From the NCBI GenBank assembly GCA_040235515.1, contig JBECKX010000155.1, positions 1 to 35,113 of the forward strand: a DNA stretch of 35,113 nucleotides, read 5' to 3'. The notes beneath the pieces were generated by a model. That model worked only from the letters and a program-made list of their open reading frames with translations, ran no database searches and was not told the origin of the DNA. Below are positions 1 through 9,864 of this stretch, piece after piece. The stretch is from Candidatus Zixiibacteriota bacterium. Lineage in GTDB: Bacteria; Zixibacteria; MSB-5A5; CAIYYT01. Within the stretch, counting starts at the first letter, position 1. Each line of letters opens with the position of its first letter. Both the position numbers and the translations under genes were made by a program.

Positions 1-442
1 GCTTTGCACGAGCCTCCGCAATATGTTTCGGCAGGAAGCTGGACGTGGCTGATTTGCGAAAAAACGACTCGGCGTGGTAACAACTAAAGGTCAGGAAGCG
101 TGCAGTACCACAATCGTTATGGTGTCAAAGTCCTGGCAACGATGCAATTACCCTTAAAATCCCCACAGCAAGCTGTGGGCGACCCGGCTAAGTAGGTCAA
201 GCCCTCTTGGGGCTTGACGCAAAGCTTTGCACGAGCTTCCGCAATATGTTTCGGCAGGAAGCTGGACGTGGCTGATTTGCTAAAACACGATTCGGCGCGG
301 TAGCAATCAAAGGTCACGAAGCGTACAGTACCACAATCGTCATGGTGTCAAAGTCCTGGCAACGATGCAATCTCCCTTAAGATCCCCCACAGCAAGCTGT
401 GGGCGACCCGGCTAAGTAGGTCACGCCTTCTTGAGGCGTGAC
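1..442. repeat. Tandem direct repeat, ~223-bp unit, two copies visible (1-223, 224-~442); may continue left of the window
   Basis: GCTTTGCACGAGC... starts at 1 and again at 224. Copies are about 90% identical by manual alignment (one 1-bp indel). Each carries the palindrome CCCACAGC-AA-GCTGTGGG (162-179, 386-403) and a GTAG-led hairpin. Confidence 0.95.
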
Positions 443-488
443 ACGCTGTGGCTTCAGGACTGCCAAGCCCCAGGAGGGCTTGACCTAC
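192..488. repeat. Three GTAG-type REP-like palindromes (192-218 +, 416-442 +, 462-488 -)
   Basis: GTAGGTCAAGCCC-TCTTG-GGGCTTGAC, GTAGGTCACGCCT-TCTTG-AGGCGTGAC, and on the reverse strand GTAGGTCAAGCCCTCCTGGGGCTTGGC. A GTAG tetranucleotide followed by a hairpin is the REP architecture. Confidence 0.7.
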
Positions 489-523
489 AAATGAGATGGA
501 TCCCTCCCCCATCAAAGCTCCCC

Positions 524-567
524 AAAAGGCGAACGCCCCTTCCACCTGCGTGGGATGGAAGGGGCGT
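524..567 (-). terminator. Probable intrinsic terminator after the PorV-family gene
   Basis: Perfect 12-bp stem ACGCCCCTTCCA (533-544) / TGGAAGGGGCGT (556-567), followed on the minus strand by TCGCCTTTT; ~70 bp downstream of the stop at 635. Confidence 0.55.
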
Positions 568-634
568 CCTAAAGAGAGATTTTTATGTCTCTACTGAATC
601 GCTTACCTGTAGGTTCACGACCTCAAGATGAAGT

Positions 635-1540
635 CTAGTACCAGAGGAAGCTGAGCGACACGCGGTGATTCTCACCAAGGAAATCCTCGGTTTCGGTCAC
701 GTACGCGTAGTCGATCATGTAACGGCGGTCGATCGTAAGACCGGCGCCTACTGAGAAGTCGCCATCGGCAACGCCACCGCGAAGAGCGGCGAAGTAATTA
801 TCGGCAAACTCGTAATCGTACTCGCTGCCGAAGAAGAACATGACGTTGTCACGGTTCTGGACTTTCTCAATATCAGCCGCAAAGGTGAAACCCTGGACTG
901 CATATGCTGCAATACCGAGACGGAAGGTGACCGGGACATTGTCACGGCCGACCTTGGTACCCAGATCGCGGGCTGTGAAACCAAGATGGAACATATCGCT
1001 CACAGCGTAGTTGGCGCCGAGATCAAATCCGACACCGGTGCTGGAGTATGTGTCAATCTTCTGGTAGGCAACCTTGAAGGTCGCGCCCACGTCGAGCTTT
1101 CCGGCTCTGTTGGCATAGCTGAACAGGAACCCATGGTCGTCGGCGTTGAAGAGTGATCCGGTCGGGCCACCAGAGGTAGCACCGGGGATATCATTCACGC
1201 CGGCGTTGATCCAGGAGAATCCTCCCCAACCGGCAGTACCAAAGTTATATGCCAAAGCGGCGTAAAGGTGCTGGCGATCCAGCGTCATATTATCCGACAT
1301 CATTGCCGTGAGGCTGAATTTATCTACACCAGTTAGACCGGCCGGATTCCAATATCCGGCGGTTGCGTCAGAGGCAACTGCTGTATAAGCGTTACCCATA
1401 CCCAGAGCGCGAGCGCTCACGCCCGAACGAAAGATCGGGAAGGCGTGATTGTCATCGGCAAAGGCCTGACTGCTTACTCCCAAAAGGAGAGTTGAGAGCA
1501 AACCGGCGAAGATCACAATCTTGATCAGGTGATTTCTCAT
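635..1540 (-). CDS. PorV/PorQ (UPF0164)-family outer-membrane beta-barrel protein
   Basis: Signal peptide ending AFA; family motif GVSARALGMGNAYTAVASDATAGYWNPAGL; amphipathic beta strands; C-terminal HRVSLSFLWY. Start moved from 1579 to ATG 1540, which is preceded by AGGAGG. Confidence 0.85.
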   Translation of the reverse strand: MRNHLIKIVIFAGLLSTLLLGVSSQAFADDNHAFPIFRSGVSARALGMGNAYTAVASDATAGYWNPAGLTGVDKFSLTAMMSDNMTLDRQHLYAALAYNFGTAGWGGFSWINAGVNDIPGATSGGPTGSLFNADDHGFLFSYANRAGKLDVGATFKVAYQKIDTYSSTGVGFDLGANYAVSDMFHLGFTARDLGTKVGRDNVPVTFRLGIAAYAVQGFTFAADIEKVQNRDNVMFFFGSEYDYEFADNYFAALRGGVADGDFSVGAGLTIDRRYMIDYAYVTETEDFLGENHRVSLSFLWY

Positions 1541-1589
1541 GTTGAGATCTCCCCTCCTATCATGAAATAGTATTCTCATAGTTTTCAGA

Positions 1590-1617
1590 GGGAGGGCCCT
1601 GTTTCCAGGGCCATCCC
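1590..1617 (-). terminator. GC-rich intercistronic hairpin (mRNA stabiliser or leaky terminator) between the giant gene and the PorV-like gene
   Basis: Minus strand GGGATGGCCCTG-GAAA-CAGGGCCCTCCC with a GNRA tetraloop; no U-tract follows. Confidence 0.55.
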
Positions 1618-1635
1618 AGTATCTTCAAACCTAAC

Positions 1636-4600
1636 TTACTTCTCAACAACTGCGATTTTCACCACAGCCGATGAACCACCGCTACCCTGTGCCTGGATGA
1701 CGGCGAAATAAACTCCATTAGCAACCATCGTTCCGTTGCTCGTGGTTCCACTCCAGCTGAAGGAGCCGGAAGCCGAGCTCTGCGGAGCCAGTGAGGTTAC
1801 GAGGTAACCGGCCTGATCGTAGATCGCGCAGGTTACGGTCGAGACCTTACCCTGACCGACCGAGTAATGAATGGTCATGCTGCCGTCCATTGCAGGGTCA
1901 AACGGGTTGGGACCTGCCCAGCCGGAGACTGAGCCGTCGGCAATCGATCCGCCACCGTTACCGGAGACTTCAACTTCATTGCCTGACATATCGGCGACAC
2001 GGACTTCCCAATCGCCATCCGGATAGTACCAGAGGATACCACCGTCGTTGGTGGACTCGAAGTACCACTCACCCGGGGCGTCGACTTCAGCAGCCGAACC
2101 GACAGGCTCGGAAGTGACTTCGGCACCGTTGGAGTAGATGTGGATTGACTCTTCGTCAAGACCACTACCCTTGTCGGTGATGCGGATACGAATCGGGCTA
2201 CCACTGTCGTCAACATCCACCACAGGGGCCTCGGCATCAACCGGCAGGTACTGGACGAATGGATCGGTCCAGTTGCCCACGCAGTCATACGCGCCGCTGA
2301 AGTAGTAATAGTCGAACGCACTGTAGTATGACGGATCGTTAGCACCGAAGCTGATGTCGATGTTGGTCTCAAAGATGTCACCCAACCAGTCAAAGAAGTC
2401 TGACGTCAGCTGATGCTCGTAGTAACCGTCATAGACTACCGCGATGATCGCTCTGCGGTTTTCGAGGTCGTACGAGGTCGGGATACGAACCGTACGGCCA
2501 TCTTCCTGCAGGTAATCCTGGATCTGAGCCGGGAAGAAGGTCTGGATGAACTCGACGGTCTCATTCGGAGTACCGTTAGTGCCGTCCAGGTTGGCCTTCG
2601 TCACGAAGAAGACGTCAACATAGACTCCACCCCATGCAACACCCGACTGAGTGTCGTCGATCGTGAATTCGATCACCGGGTTGCTGGAAGTGTAGTAGTT
2701 GTCGAAGTTCACATCAGGAGCTTCGCAGTCGACCATGAAGGTGTCTTCAATGTACTGCGGGCGCTTCTGAGTGTCTTCGATGCGCACCTTCATCATGTGC
2801 TCACCGCAATCGAGCGGCAGGTAATACCAGCTATCGAAATCGTTGTAGTACCAGCCGTAGAATTCCACCAGGAGACGGTTGCTCACCGGATCCCATGAAA
2901 CATCCACGAAGTCAGCCTCGCCATCGAGCGTGGTCGACGGGTTAGACTTGGTCGGATGGTTCTTCTCCGTCCGCGTAGCCTCGTAGATGTAGATATCATC
3001 ATGCTCACCTTCGAAGATCGGCACGCCATCCATCCAGATGTCGAGCGTCTCGAAGTCGAGAGCATCGGTGAAGGTTTCATCCAACTGATACCAGAAGATC
3101 GGATAACCGTTGGTGTAGCCGTTGCAATCAGGTGTTACGGAAACGCGAGTGATTAACTGCTCTCCGTCGTACTGAGTGCGCTTGACCACTGCGTACCAGG
3201 CATCGTCATACTCACCGTTGCCGAAGCAGGTCACGGCGAATTCGACCCAGTTCTGACCATCCTGCTGGTAGAAACCGCGGACGGTTGACGGGAAGAAGAC
3301 GTTGTCGGTATGCCAGTTACCCTCACCATCCCACCAGGCAACTCTGAGCTGGTTGGTAGGAGTGGTTTCGTCGGCATCGTATTGCATGTTGACAACAGCG
3401 TACTGCTGGTCGTCCATGCAGATCTGGTAGCACGACACATCACTGATGTAGGTCATCATGCCATTGTTGTCACCAACCGGGGTGTAGAGATAATCCTGGC
3501 TGATGCTCGGGCGAGCCATGCGTGACTTCCACATCGCAATTGCCATGTTTTCGGTGCCGGTATAGTCGGTAGCCTCGGCCGGGATGTCGACGGATACGGA
3601 ACCGTCAGCATACCAAACCGGACCGGCTGTACCGAAGTCACGAGTGACCCAGTAAGTGTCGTAGTGAGCTTCAGCGGAGTACGCCACTTCTCCGGCATCA
3701 TCTGCGTCGAAGAAGAAGATGTGACCCCATCCGAAGCCGCCATCAGTAAGGGCATCGAAGTAGAACGGTCCAGCATACTGCTGCATCGCGCCCTGCTGAG
3801 GCAGAGTGTTGAACTGAATGATATCGAAGCTGAAGTAGTCGTACGGAACGTTGTACGCCACGGCGATACCGTAAGGCATGCCATAGTTGGTTCCGAAGCG
3901 GCCAATTCCTTCGAGGTTATCACAACCGTTCTCGAGATTACGCTCGATCGTTCCCGGACCGAAGTCCTGAGGATTCGAGGTAACCGAGCAGGTTCCGCCT
4001 GAAACGTTGATTCCAAGCACCGGCGCTGCGGAGCCGCCCTCGACGCGCATACGAACATCGTAGTCGCCATCGGCCGGCTGCCACGGGCTGGCATAAACCG
4101 AGTAGTAACGGCTGGTGTATGAGCCATCAGGAAGGAGGAGCTGTTCCGCATCCTCGTAGGTCGCGTCAATAGCGCCACCGATTGTGATCCAGTTGGTACC
4201 GTCAGTCGTGTACTCGAAGATCACATCCTGGTCAGCCCAGGTCATACCGTAAACGAAGCCGTTCCAGCAACCTGCGATCATGCCAACCGGCTGGGCCGGG
4301 TCGACAAACTGGACAGGCACTGAAACCGTGGTCGAGCCACAGGCATTGTCATAGACGGTAAAGTAAACAGTGTACGTTCCGGTGATGTCGAATCCGCTCA
4401 TATCCCACGGCACATCGAAGAAGCCGTTGGCATCCGGAGTGACATCGAGACAGACATCCTGAGTCTCTGAATCAGCGATGCTGATGCACACTGAAGAGAT
4501 ACCGGAATTGAATGTCGGTGAAGTACCGTTGACCGACTGATCATCCATCGCAAAGATTCTGAAGGTGATCAGCGGGGTGTTTATCGGAACCACGATACCA

Positions 4601-7600
4601 GGATCGTTGGAGTTCTCGATATCGTAAACGTCTTCGCCGACTGTCGCAGTGACCAGCTCGACGCGAGGATCGGTATCGTCGTAGTAGAGTCTGATCGGCT
4701 CGCTGAAGCGAGTCACACCGGACTCGTTCGTGACGACGGCACGGAAATCGTACCAGCCATCGCGATCGATCTCGCCATCATCGTCGAGAAGAGCACACCA
4801 CGGCGCCTGATAGTCAGGGCTGTTATCGAAGCTCGTCCAGTCATCGTCGAATGATGACTTGAACTCGAATGTGACATACTCGATCGGGCATCCACCGTTC
4901 GCATCAACCTCGGCGCAGAAGTAATCTCCGCCGCAGAAGAACCCACCATTCTCAGGTGAAGTAAGCGTCACGGTCGGAAGACCGTTGGCTACGGTCACGG
5001 TGACCATCGCCTCTTCCTTCGGGGTGAAGTTATCGCTGGCATCACAGACTGAGGCCGCGATGACATAGTCGCCGTTCGGTACGGAATTCAAGGTCTGCCA
5101 GGTGGCATCCCAATGCCATCCGTAGCCACCACCGGCGGCCTTGTCAAGCACGATAGGCTCAGAGACTTCAGCGATGACTGTGGTGTCAGTACCACCGACA
5201 GGCCAGTAGTACCAAACAACCTTCTTGACCGGCTGATCGTCGAAGATCAACAGTCCAAGATCAACGTCACCAGCGACGCAATCGCCATCATCCGGATCGA
5301 TGATGTAAGCGGAAGCCGGCTGGTTGTCGAGGATGTAGACACCAAGCTCATCCGAGGAGTAGTTTCCGACCTGGTCGTACATGACGGCTTCAAGGTAACA
5401 GCCATCGGAGAAGTCCTGGACATCTTCAAGATTGTAGATTCCAAGCTCGACCGGGTTGAAGGTAATCTCCCAGAAGCTCTGGTAGTCAGTGCTCGAGCCG
5501 ACGAACTGCTCGCAGAAGTAGTAGTCAACCTTGGCTACTTCGCAGGAATCGTCAGCAGGAATCGTCATCAGCTGAACTGTGATGTCCTCGCCCGGAAGGC
5601 TATAGACATAGTAGTTGCCATTCAGATACTCTGAAGGATTGATCCAGGTACGGGTCTCGTCACCATCAGTCTGGAACAGGCTGAAGGCCGGCTGCGGAGC
5701 TTCGCAGTCGTAGTGGACGAGCATACCGGAACCATTGTCCATCGCATCGTCGAATGTATAATCGTCGAAGTTGCCATCACCATCGTAGTCGAACATCCAG
5801 TTGCCGGCGCCGTCACGGACAGCGAGGCGGACGCGATACGTGTGACCGCATTCGAGATCGTCAGCGAATTCCCAGGTATAAACCCAGATCGATGAGTTGT
5901 TGGCTTCATCCATCTGGTAGGAATCATTCTGATCATAGTAGTAGAAGATATCCGGATCGTTGACATCTGACCAGAACAGGTAGACCGGATCGGTGATGTC
6001 GATAGCATCCAGATTGACCAGATTGGCCTGAATAGTGATGAAACCATCATTCTGCTCAGGTCCAAGACGCCACATCGGCTCGCCACCGCAATCCGCAACA
6101 AACTTGGCATCCTTCACCATCATTTCCATGACAGGAAGTGAACCATCGATGCAGATCTTGACGAACGGAGTGGTGTAGGAGTTGTTGACGTCATCGTATA
6201 CGATGGCATAGAGCCACACGAAGCCATCTTCAAATCCTGAGTTATCCCATTCAACGGTTGCCTCGTCGCCTGAGAACGGCTCGACTCCGATAAGCACGCC
6301 ATCAGCGGTGCTACCGGTCATGCTGTAGTAGAACTCAGCACGGACGGCATCGTCCTCATCAAACTGGGCAGGATCGCTCTCAACAGTGATCTCGATCGGA
6401 TCACCGGCCGACAGCATCACCGGCACGCACGAATAACCGAACGGGTCGCTGATCCACGCCATCGGCGCAATCTCATCCGGGACGCAGAGGTCAACTTCGG
6501 TATTACAGTTGTTGCCGCTGCGCTCGTCGGTAATCTCGACATAGAGAACGGCATCTTCACCAGTACCCTGGGTTACCGGCCAATCAAGGGCCGAGAACAT
6601 GAAGGTGTACGGGAGAGAAGTGCTCGTCGCGTAGTCGATACGAGTTCTCACATCATCTTCAAGAACCCAGACATCGACCGTGTAGAAGTCGCCGGCGTCA
6701 GGATCGACGATCGAAACGACCGCTTCGTTCAGGTCGTCGCGGGTGACGTCAAAGCCGCAGGAGGTCTGCGGAGCGAAGGCACCGTTGATCGTCAGAACGT
6801 CGCACACGAGAGCGTTCGGGTTCCAGGTGAACGTGAAGACGCCGCAAGCATCGTCAGCGTCGTCAAGCGAGAGTTCGTTGCCGACTTCGTCGACACCGAT
6901 AACCCAAAGCTCATACTCACCTTCGGTGCTCGCGTCGGTACCGAGGTTGATGGTCTCAGTGAAGGTCTGGCCGTCCTGAGTCATCGCATTGGAGAGTCCA
7001 GGATAGTTGATCCACGGACCCGGCGTACCGTCACCCTTGTCGATCAGACGATAGACGGCGAAAGCCGCATCGATGTCGGCATCAGGTGAAACAGCGGTAA
7101 TCGTCAGCGGGTTGTTCGGACCATACTGGCCACCGGAAGTCGGGAACTCGACGCAAGCGGTCGGAGCCTGAGCATCCGGGATACCCTCGAAGATGGCCTG
7201 GTTGAACTCGAAGTTACCGCAATCGTCCTGAGTACGGATCGAGAAGCGGTAGGTCTTGCCATGAGTCAACGGGCCGGAGTACCAGTAATTGTATGTCGGA
7301 TCGGGGAACTCACCATTGAAGGTGGTACCGAAGACATTGTTGTAATTGATGTCGGAACCGGTTGAGTCGACGTAAACGTAGAAGTTCACGGCGTCACCGG
7401 CATCGGCGTCCTTGTCCCACTTAAGTCTCAGCTCGCCACCCGGCAGCTTCTCGACCATTACAGAATCCTGAATGATCGGCAGCGGACGACGGGTGTCCAG
7501 CGGTACAAAAGCGGTTCCGGCGGTGTTGAGCAGGTCTGAAGTCAGAATACTGTCAACGTTACCGGCATCGTCTTCAACGTAAATCCAGACGTCAAAATCG

Positions 7601-9201
7601 GCGTCGACCGGATCACTGTTGGCGTCCTTCGCCTGAAGCGTCGGAGGATCCTGAGCCGGATCATCGGCATCACCAATGGTGATCTCGTAAGCCCAGATGC
7701 CACTACCTTCGTTGGTGAAAGCAGCATTGGAGGCACCGCCCAAACCGGCGCGGAAGAGGTCACCCCAGACGGCGGCGACATCGTCGTTACCAGAGACGTC
7801 GGCTTCGACACGAACCTGGTCACCCAGGTTAGTACAACCAGACTCGTCGGCATCGTCGAGCGTGATGTACTCGGTGTCGGAGAAGAACGGCGGCTCAAGG
7901 TCGAGGGCCGGCAGGAAGTCGACGGTGTCGACCGCGACGTTACAGCCATTATCGACGGCGGTAACGATCGCCACCTTAGCGGAGTCTGCGCCTTCAGCCA
8001 AATCCTTGGCCATCGCGTCTTCAAGTTCAAAGATCAAACGCCAGACGCCGGCACCGGTCGTTACGTCGGTAAGCTCGGCAGCGAACTCACCTGAGGCGAA
8101 ACGGGAAATGTCGGCAACGACTTCGTCAACTTCAAAGAATCCGCTCGAACCGGTGTAGACCCAGAGAACCAGCTGATCCGTAAGGGCAGCTTCGTCTTCC
8201 GGTCCAACGCTGTTGGAGTAGATCAGGAACTTGACCGAGTCGATCTCGGGCGCGATGTTGTCAATGAACTGCGTGTTAAACGCGACCGTGTTCGTGGTCG
8301 TGTTGCCATAGATATCAGCCGCGGTGGCGGTTACCACGAACGGCGGCACGACATCAAGGGAACCCGCGTCGATGCGAAGCGTGTCAAGCCAACCGAAGCC
8401 GCTCACATACGGAATGTTGTGAGTGGCGCTCAAGCCGAAGGCTGAGAGGTCGGCAGTGACGTCGGTCGAATCGACCTGCTCACTGAACGACGGAATGTAA
8501 AGAATGATCTTATCACCAATGTTGAACACCGTGTTTGCATTGCAGTTGGTGCTGTCAACATGGGTGAAGAAATTCGTCGTGAAGTCCGGACCATCGAGAT
8601 CCAGGCTACCGGTGTAGGTTCCGGTGCAGGCCAGCGGATCCCAGCCGGGATTGTGACCATAACCGGCGGTGCCGGCGGTGCCATCACTGTGAGTGTTGGC
8701 AAGGCTGGCAAGGCCGTTATTGCTGATATCAACACCATCAGGGAGGATTGTAAGCTCCAATCCGGTGCCGTCATAGTCGCCTGCATTAGCCAGAGTGGAA
8801 TCTGTCCAGATATTCACTCTGAAGATAAGTGAGTCACCATCTTCCACAGGGCGGGTCAACCCGGTAAGGTTGAGTTCGACATCCTCAGCAAACGCACCCG
8901 TAATAGCCTGGGTAGCGATTGTGGTCGATGTCGCGCCTCTCTTGTGGACGACGGTGAGTTGGTTGACAGCGAAAGCTGACTCGATACAGCTCTTCAGTCG
9001 AATCGCCACCAACGTGTCACCGTCTGCACCGATTCCCTCAAACGTACCCCGAAGCAGAGTAACGTTTGTGGAGGCAGAGCCGGCGACGACTGGATCCGCA
9101 TCCTCAATGTCAAACGACTGAGCGAATGCGGAAACGGCGACCATCGACAGCATCAAGGTCAGCACAACTGTCAGCACAAACAGATTTCGAATTGAGTTCA
9201 T
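1636..9201 (-). CDS. Giant (~2,520 aa) secreted acidic multi-Ig/Fn3-domain surface protein with C-terminal FlgD-Ig/T9SS-type sorting domain
   Basis: Signal peptide (MNSIRNLFVLTVV...SAFAQ); recurring D-x-x-G-N and D-x-x-x-P Ig-like motifs; Fn3-like segment (LRLKW...YRFSIRTQDDCGN); C-terminus GPNPFDP...IYDQAGYLV...W.G....G..VANGVYF...KIAVVEK. Start at ATG 9201 (AAAGGA upstream); ATG 9267 is an alternative. Confidence 0.85.
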   Translation of the reverse strand: MNSIRNLFVLTVVLTLMLSMVAVSAFAQSFDIEDADPVVAGSASTNVTLLRGTFEGIGADGDTLVAIRLKSCIESAFAVNQLTVVHKRGATSTTIATQAITGAFAEDVELNLTGLTRPVEDGDSLIFRVNIWTDSTLANAGDYDGTGLELTILPDGVDISNNGLASLANTHSDGTAGTAGYGHNPGWDPLACTGTYTGSLDLDGPDFTTNFFTHVDSTNCNANTVFNIGDKIILYIPSFSEQVDSTDVTADLSAFGLSATHNIPYVSGFGWLDTLRIDAGSLDVVPPFVVTATAADIYGNTTTNTVAFNTQFIDNIAPEIDSVKFLIYSNSVGPEDEAALTDQLVLWVYTGSSGFFEVDEVVADISRFASGEFAAELTDVTTGAGVWRLIFELEDAMAKDLAEGADSAKVAIVTAVDNGCNVAVDTVDFLPALDLEPPFFSDTEYITLDDADESGCTNLGDQVRVEADVSGNDDVAAVWGDLFRAGLGGASNAAFTNEGSGIWAYEITIGDADDPAQDPPTLQAKDANSDPVDADFDVWIYVEDDAGNVDSILTSDLLNTAGTAFVPLDTRRPLPIIQDSVMVEKLPGGELRLKWDKDADAGDAVNFYVYVDSTGSDINYNNVFGTTFNGEFPDPTYNYWYSGPLTHGKTYRFSIRTQDDCGNFEFNQAIFEGIPDAQAPTACVEFPTSGGQYGPNNPLTITAVSPDADIDAAFAVYRLIDKGDGTPGPWINYPGLSNAMTQDGQTFTETINLGTDASTEGEYELWVIGVDEVGNELSLDDADDACGVFTFTWNPNALVCDVLTINGAFAPQTSCGFDVTRDDLNEAVVSIVDPDAGDFYTVDVWVLEDDVRTRIDYATSTSLPYTFMFSALDWPVTQGTGEDAVLYVEITDERSGNNCNTEVDLCVPDEIAPMAWISDPFGYSCVPVMLSAGDPIEITVESDPAQFDEDDAVRAEFYYSMTGSTADGVLIGVEPFSGDEATVEWDNSGFEDGFVWLYAIVYDDVNNSYTTPFVKICIDGSLPVMEMMVKDAKFVADCGGEPMWRLGPEQNDGFITIQANLVNLDAIDITDPVYLFWSDVNDPDIFYYYDQNDSYQMDEANNSSIWVYTWEFADDLECGHTYRVRLAVRDGAGNWMFDYDGDGNFDDYTFDDAMDNGSGMLVHYDCEAPQPAFSLFQTDGDETRTWINPSEYLNGNYYVYSLPGEDITVQLMTIPADDSCEVAKVDYYFCEQFVGSSTDYQSFWEITFNPVELGIYNLEDVQDFSDGCYLEAVMYDQVGNYSSDELGVYILDNQPASAYIIDPDDGDCVAGDVDLGLLIFDDQPVKKVVWYYWPVGGTDTTVIAEVSEPIVLDKAAGGGYGWHWDATWQTLNSVPNGDYVIAASVCDASDNFTPKEEAMVTVTVANGLPTVTLTSPENGGFFCGGDYFCAEVDANGGCPIEYVTFEFKSSFDDDWTSFDNSPDYQAPWCALLDDDGEIDRDGWYDFRAVVTNESGVTRFSEPIRLYYDDTDPRVELVTATVGEDVYDIENSNDPGIVVPINTPLITFRIFAMDDQSVNGTSPTFNSGISSVCISIADSETQDVCLDVTPDANGFFDVPWDMSGFDITGTYTVYFTVYDNACGSTTVSVPVQFVDPAQPVGMIAGCWNGFVYGMTWADQDVIFEYTTDGTNWITIGGAIDATYEDAEQLLLPDGSYTSRYYSVYASPWQPADGDYDVRMRVEGGSAAPVLGINVSGGTCSVTSNPQDFGPGTIERNLENGCDNLEGIGRFGTNYGMPYGIAVAYNVPYDYFSFDIIQFNTLPQQGAMQQYAGPFYFDALTDGGFGWGHIFFFDADDAGEVAYSAEAHYDTYWVTRDFGTAGPVWYADGSVSVDIPAEATDYTGTENMAIAMWKSRMARPSISQDYLYTPVGDNNGMMTYISDVSCYQICMDDQQYAVVNMQYDADETTPTNQLRVAWWDGEGNWHTDNVFFPSTVRGFYQQDGQNWVEFAVTCFGNGEYDDAWYAVVKRTQYDGEQLITRVSVTPDCNGYTNGYPIFWYQLDETFTDALDFETLDIWMDGVPIFEGEHDDIYIYEATRTEKNHPTKSNPSTTLDGEADFVDVSWDPVSNRLLVEFYGWYYNDFDSWYYLPLDCGEHMMKVRIEDTQKRPQYIEDTFMVDCEAPDVNFDNYYTSSNPVIEFTIDDTQSGVAWGGVYVDVFFVTKANLDGTNGTPNETVEFIQTFFPAQIQDYLQEDGRTVRIPTSYDLENRRAIIAVVYDGYYEHQLTSDFFDWLGDIFETNIDISFGANDPSYYSAFDYYYFSGAYDCVGNWTDPFVQYLPVDAEAPVVDVDDSGSPIRIRITDKGSGLDEESIHIYSNGAEVTSEPVGSAAEVDAPGEWYFESTNDGGILWYYPDGDWEVRVADMSGNEVEVSGNGGGSIADGSVSGWAGPNPFDPAMDGSMTIHYSVGQGKVSTVTCAIYDQAGYLVTSLAPQSSASGSFSWSGTTSNGTMVANGVYFAVIQAQGSGGSSAVVKIAVVEK

Positions 9202-9743
9202 TCGACAATCCTTTGTTACTCGTTGTCTTTCCTTAAGTGATCTTTCTTTTTCGGCATTGATTTGCATTACGATCAATACCCTCCTTTCCAATCTTTCCCA
9301 CGCAGGTTAAGATCTTCCATGAATTCTCCTCGGTTTAGAAGTCCATAGTTTATGTCTTCATTTCTATTAATTTTCGTTAATGAATTGATCAATAACCGCC
9401 CCCCTTCCCAGTAGCTTCCATTCTAAACAAAATCATCGTATTGCCGCTTTCTTCCCTAAAAGCAAAAGAACTATAGAAATGCCGCTAAGACACTCCAAGT
9501 TCTTAACTCGTTAATGTTGGCTGATAATTCTGACTGTCTCCGTCTACGGCTTTCTGCCTTATTCAACCGTACGAAATAATGGGCACATGGGACTCGTCTC
9601 CCACCGCCCAAACTCTCAAACCGGAACGGCGATAACTCTGCATCAACTTGCCCTGCGGGGCGCAAGTGAAAAAATGCACTAACTGCACTAGAACTCCTAG
9701 CGCTCGTTGTTGCAACAGAATTATCCCCCGAAAATTTCCGGTC

Positions 9744-9772
9744 ATTGTAATTTCTTTGACCAATAGTGTCAA
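9744..9772 (-). promoter_or_regulatory. Sigma70-type promoter of the giant surface-protein operon
   Basis: Minus strand TTGACA (9772-9767), 17-bp spacer, TACAAT (9749-9744); T-rich tract upstream. Confidence 0.75.
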
Positions 9773-9864
9773 GAAAAAACTTTGTTTCACTTCCACTTAC
9801 CGCGTTCTGCCTGTTGGTCGAATCATGGACCTGCAAGGTGTTTTTGGGCTGCCTTTCGAGACCC

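Noticed and set aside
192..240. c-di-GMP-I riboswitch (GACGCAAAGC present)
   Set aside because: No GAAA tetraloop/receptor pair; the motif arises at the repeat junction and is not upstream of a co-oriented gene.
1..442. CRISPR array
   Set aside because: The whole 223-bp unit is repeated; there are no unique spacers between short repeats and no cas genes.
117..631. Short ORFs within the repeat region
   Set aside because: No recognisable motifs, and the indel between repeat copies breaks frame conservation.
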